From assembly GCF_009914755.1 (NCBI RefSeq), contig NC_060930.1: a stretch of 64,000 bases of DNA; one strand, 5' to 3'. The stretch is from the human T2T-CHM13v2.0 reference genome, Homo sapiens. Under the pieces are notes generated by a model that had not been told where the DNA came from, did not search any database, and saw only the letters and a program-made list of their open reading frames with translations. Positions 58,998 through 64,000 of this stretch are shown one piece after another (position 1 is the stretch's first letter; each line of letters begins with the position of its first letter). The translations under genes were made by a program, and so were the position numbers.

Positions 58998-59821
58998 AAA
59001 ATCAGCATTCTTTTATCTCATCCAATTCGTCCAATGTGCTCTCTCTTTCTCTTCTCTGGCCACAGTTACATCTTTCTTTTCTGCCTTTAGTACAAGTTCC
59101 TTCCTGCCTTGGCTTCTTTTTATGCTATTTGCTTTGCTTGAATTTCTCTTTACCTCCACCCCTCCCCTCAACTTTACCCTCTTTATCTCGCTACCTCCTT
59201 CTCGTCATTCTCTTTTTCAACTCAAAAGTCACTTCCTTCAGGAAGACTTCTTGAATTTTTATACAAAGTTAGGCCCCTTCTGCCCCCTTACACACTCTTC
59301 TTGCACTCTGCAATCCCCATTTGCAGCACTTAATACAATTGTAGATATTTAATACCCTTTCCCCTGGTTAGATTGTAAGCTCAATGATGACACTAAATAT
59401 GTCTGTTAATTACTGTATGTCAAGTACATAGTGTAGTTGAGGAAAAGGCATCTACAACATCTGGCATGTTGTAGATGATCGGTATATATATTTCTTCAAT
59501 GAATAAATGAAGCAAGCAAATGACCAACTGGATGGCTGAATGGCTAACATGATTTCTTTTTCCACTTCCCCTTCCCCCAGCAACTCAGGGCAGGAAAGCA
59601 AGAGACAGGTGACGATAGGGGTAGGGGAGGGCTGGTTGGGGAAGGATGCTGGTAGGCCCTATTCTTAAAAAGCAGTTACAATTCAGAAGGGCCATAGATA
59701 AAATAGCAAAAACCATATCCTGAAGAATGAAGACTTTGGATCAGAATGGTGAGCCAGTCCTGTAATGATTGCCTAGGGACAGAAACAAAGAGCCAAATAT
59801 CCTGCAATAAGAAACAGTGGG

Positions 59822-60118
59822 GGCCCGGTGCGGTGGCTCATGCCTGTAATCCCAGCACTTTGGGAGGCCAAGGTGGGCAGATCACAAGGTCAGGAGATCG
59901 AGACCATCCTGGCTAATATGGTGAAACCCCGTCTGTACTAAAAATACAAAAAAACTAGCCGGGCATGGTGGCAGGCGCCCGTAGTCCCAGCTACTCAGGA
60001 GGCTGAGGCAGGAGAATGAGGTGGAGCCTGCAGTGAACCGAGGTTGCACCACTGCACTCCAGCCTGGGCGACAGAGCAAGACTCCGTCTCAAAAAAAAAA
60101 AAAAAGAAAGAAAAAAAC
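59822..60118 (+). mobile_element. AluY-like element with small right-arm deletion
   Basis: GAGATCGAGACCATCCTGGCTAA; TSD AGAAACAGTGGG. Confidence 0.92.
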
Positions 60119-60284
60119 AGAAACAGTGGGTCAGAGGAGGGGAAACGAAGGTCTCCTTAGTAGTTCCAGATACGAAGTGTCAAAGACTGGGGAAGCTTCT
60201 TTGAGCGCCACTCACATTTTCATGAGCAAAATATTCATTTAAAGGAATCAGTCTAGGTTGCAAAGTATTTAGCCCACTTTTCAA

Positions 60285-60615
60285 ATACCTTTGCATATCT
60301 GAAATTTTTAGTCACATGAGTTTGAAATTCAGATTTTTTTTGGATTTTAGACAGGAGATAGAGTGCCATCCCAGAATGCATTTACCGTGAATAAACTACC
60401 ATCCCCAGTGGGTTCTGAGGCAGCATTTATTATCAAACACATTAGTAGCCATGTAGTGAAACATTGAATATTTACAGTGTGTGGGATGTGTAAACTATCA
60501 ATAGCCTCACATCATTTCAGGTCAGGTTTTGCTGCCAAATGAGATACCAAAATGCTTTTTGCTTAGAAGAGCTTTTGGGGTTTGGAAATTCTGGTTGGGG
60601 GATTGTGGCACTGGT
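60285..60615. mobile_element. Tigger-family MITE (MER46C-like)
   Basis: TTCAGGTCAGGTTTTGCTGCCAAATGAG motif; recognised by eye. Confidence 0.4.
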
Positions 60616-61339
60616 ACAAAGCACTGTGTGCTTCTGGTGCCCTGTTAATTCTTGTTTGACTGATTCCCAGCACAGAGGAGGAGCTGCCCTGGTTGACTGA
60701 CTCAGGGGTTCCTCAGTTCTTCAGGGAAATCCCCAGAGTCCCCCCAGCCCTCATCTGCCTAGAATGAAACTCTGCTACCCCTTGCCTTTTCCTTAGGCTA
60801 CTGTGAGATGGTTGTCATTCTACTATCTTTATTAAATATTTGCTGTGTTCAGTTGGGAAATACAAAGATAAGCAGAAGCTGAGCTGTTTAGGTTTATCCT
60901 CCTTTAGGTAATCCATCTCTATCCTAGATATCTCACTTGAGCTCCATGACTTTTTTCCAGCTGCCTAGTACACAGATCCACTTAACATTCAAAATCAAAA
61001 CTGGTCATCTCCTTCAACCTAGAATCAAACAAAAACAAAATCTGCTGTTTATCCTGTAGTCCTTGTCACTCCACTAAATGGTCCAAATTAGAATCAAACT
61101 TTCCTTTTTTTTTTTTTCTTTTTGCACATAACCTGCGCTAAATCCTGTTGGGTCTCCCACATAAGTGTCCTCCCTTCTCTCCCATCCTCTCCCATCCCAG
61201 TAGCATCTTAGCTGGTTTGATCTCCCAAGGCTCCTCCCTGCCCCTTATTTAATACTCTCTGTCATCTATCCATTTCTTTCTTGAAGACCTTAGTTATTTT
61301 TCAGTAATAAAGATTTTAAAACATATTGTTGCTTTAAAA

Positions 61340-62230
<891 letters not shown>

Positions 62231-62640
62231 AATTTTTAGATATTGAACTTATGTAACTGTTATCCAAACAACAGACTTTATTATAACATACATACACACA
62301 CAGGTACATACACATACAATTTCATAAACTTCCCACTGCCCATAAAAAGAAATTTTAAGCTCATAAACATTATGCTCAGGGAGTTTCTACAATCAGGTCT
62401 CATCCTAATTTTCCTGCCTCACTTTTTGCTTTCTCTAAGGCACTCCTTACTCTATATATGCTGAAATGATTATGTTTGTTTCTCCTTCTGTGTTTTTGTT
62501 CCTGCTGTTTGCTCTATAAGGTAAGCCCTCCCAGCTCTTCCACTGGTTACCTCCTATGCCTGCTTTGAGACCAAGTTCAAATGTTGCTTCTATAATACCC
62601 TTCTCTACAGCACTAGGCAGATACAACTCTTCCCTCTTTT

Positions 62641-62994
62641 TGTGAACTGAATGTTGTGTTCCCCCAAAATTTATATGTTGAAGCCATAACTCTCAATGTG
62701 ATACTCTTTAGAGATGGGGCCTTTGGGAGGAATTAGGGTTAGATGAAGTTATGGGGGCAGGACCCTAATGATGGGATTTGTGCCCTAAGAGCTCTCTTTG
62801 CCTTGGGAAGATACAACAAGAAGGCTGCCATCTACAAGCCAGAAAGGGAGCCCTCCCCAGGAGCCAAATTGACTAGCACCTTGATCTTGGACTTCCCAGC
62901 ATCCAGAACTGTGAGAAAATACAAAAAACATTTCTGTTTTTTAATCTATTCAGTCTATGTTATTTTGTTAGGGCAGCATGAGCAGACTAATATA
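62641..62994. mobile_element. MLT1A-like MaLR LTR
   Basis: CTGAATGTTGTGTTCCCCCAAAATTTATATGTTGAAGCC...CACCTTGATCTTGGACTTCCCAGC..CCAGAACTGTGAGA. Confidence 0.85.
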
Positions 62995-64000
62995 CCTCCT
63001 CTGTGTATTCATACAACTTTACACAGAGGTAAAATATAGCAGTTAGAACTCTATCTTATATTGGGTTGTTGATGAATCTTTCACACAGGCATGTGAGTCC
63101 TGAGGACAGCAGCTATGTGTTTCATCTTTCTGTCCCTAACTCACTGCCTGACCCATGGAGACCTTAAGTCCAGGCTTGCTGAATGAATATGGCATAATCT
63201 GAACCTGACCACTCCAATCGTTCATTAACCTTACTGTTTGGGTGTGGATTGATCATTACTTTTCTTGAATTTGTGACAAGATAATTTCAGCAGTTGACAG
63301 ACAGCTAGTTTCTAGTCAAGCCGATGCATTGTATATGCTCCTACTTGCCTGTTCCTATGTCTTCAGTGATGGATTCAGTGACCTGAAGAGTGTATCTTAA
63401 TAAAGAATTTTGAATGCATTTGGTTGAAAACATTCTGAAAAGAACCTTTTCTTCATACATTTTATATGGATATGAACTAGACAATAATGTATGCTTATAA
63501 TAATTGAGAAGTTTTTAAAAATGAGATGCTGTTACTAATAAATTATGATTAATTCTTTCTCTAAAGGTAGTACGAAGTTAAACAATGGTAGGAATCTTGG
63601 TCTCTGTTTATTATCCTTACTCCAACTCATCTTTCATTACAAATAATTTTTTTATACAGTCCCCTCTCTACCCTCTTACACAGAGGCATTTCAGCAGATA
63701 TTTTATTGAAAACAAAACACTGTGCAGCCCATGCTGCACAAGGAAAGAAGTGTGTACAAGATAATTCCAAAGGGCAATACATGTTTCTAGTTAAAAATTG
63801 GAGGGTTATGTAAATATGAACTGTTTAGTCAAGTTCAGGTAAAATTAGGAGGAATTACTGGAAAAGCGTGAACAGTGAATATATTCCTTAGTTCTAATTC
63901 TTTCAATAGTCATCTCTATCAACTCAGAGATTGCTTTTGCTTGTTTTCTTTGTTTTTTATTTCATTCTGTACAGGGCCTTGAACATTCAGTGACAATTTA

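Overview
Mammalian, human-like genomic DNA (primate Alu and L1PA elements, no prokaryotic features). I recognise it as the NT5DC1-TSPYL4-RPS5 retrocopy-TSPYL1-DSE region of chr6q22; the NT5DC1 and DSE assignments rest on recalled synteny because neither has coding exons in this window. Two intronless NAP/SET-family genes lie on the minus strand, TSPYL4 (CDS 8745-9989, 414 aa) and TSPYL1 (CDS 34496-35812, 438 aa), each under a CpG-island promoter. A full-length RPS5 processed pseudogene sits at about 14409-15168. The rest is mostly Alu, L1, L2, MIR, MaLR and DNA-transposon relics. Two observations go beyond a simple annotation. (1) The two TSPYL genes lie in co-linear halves of an ancient DNA-level tandem duplication (about 5.7-25.8 kb versus 32.4-44.9 kb). 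Homology runs past the poly(A) sites, through the promoters and into upstream DNA, with shared old transposons, a paralogous empty/filled transposon site and a duplicated CTCF-like site. (2) The reverse complement of the RPS5 retrocopy forms a well-defined 522-nt plus-strand exon (14427-14948), whose polypyrimidine tract is the retrocopy's poly(A) tail. It could splice from a divergent first exon at the TSPYL4 promoter, giving a 5' leader (probably of DSE) that is antisense to RPS5 mRNA and rich in uAUGs. Repeat subfamily names and boundaries were assigned by eye and are approximate.
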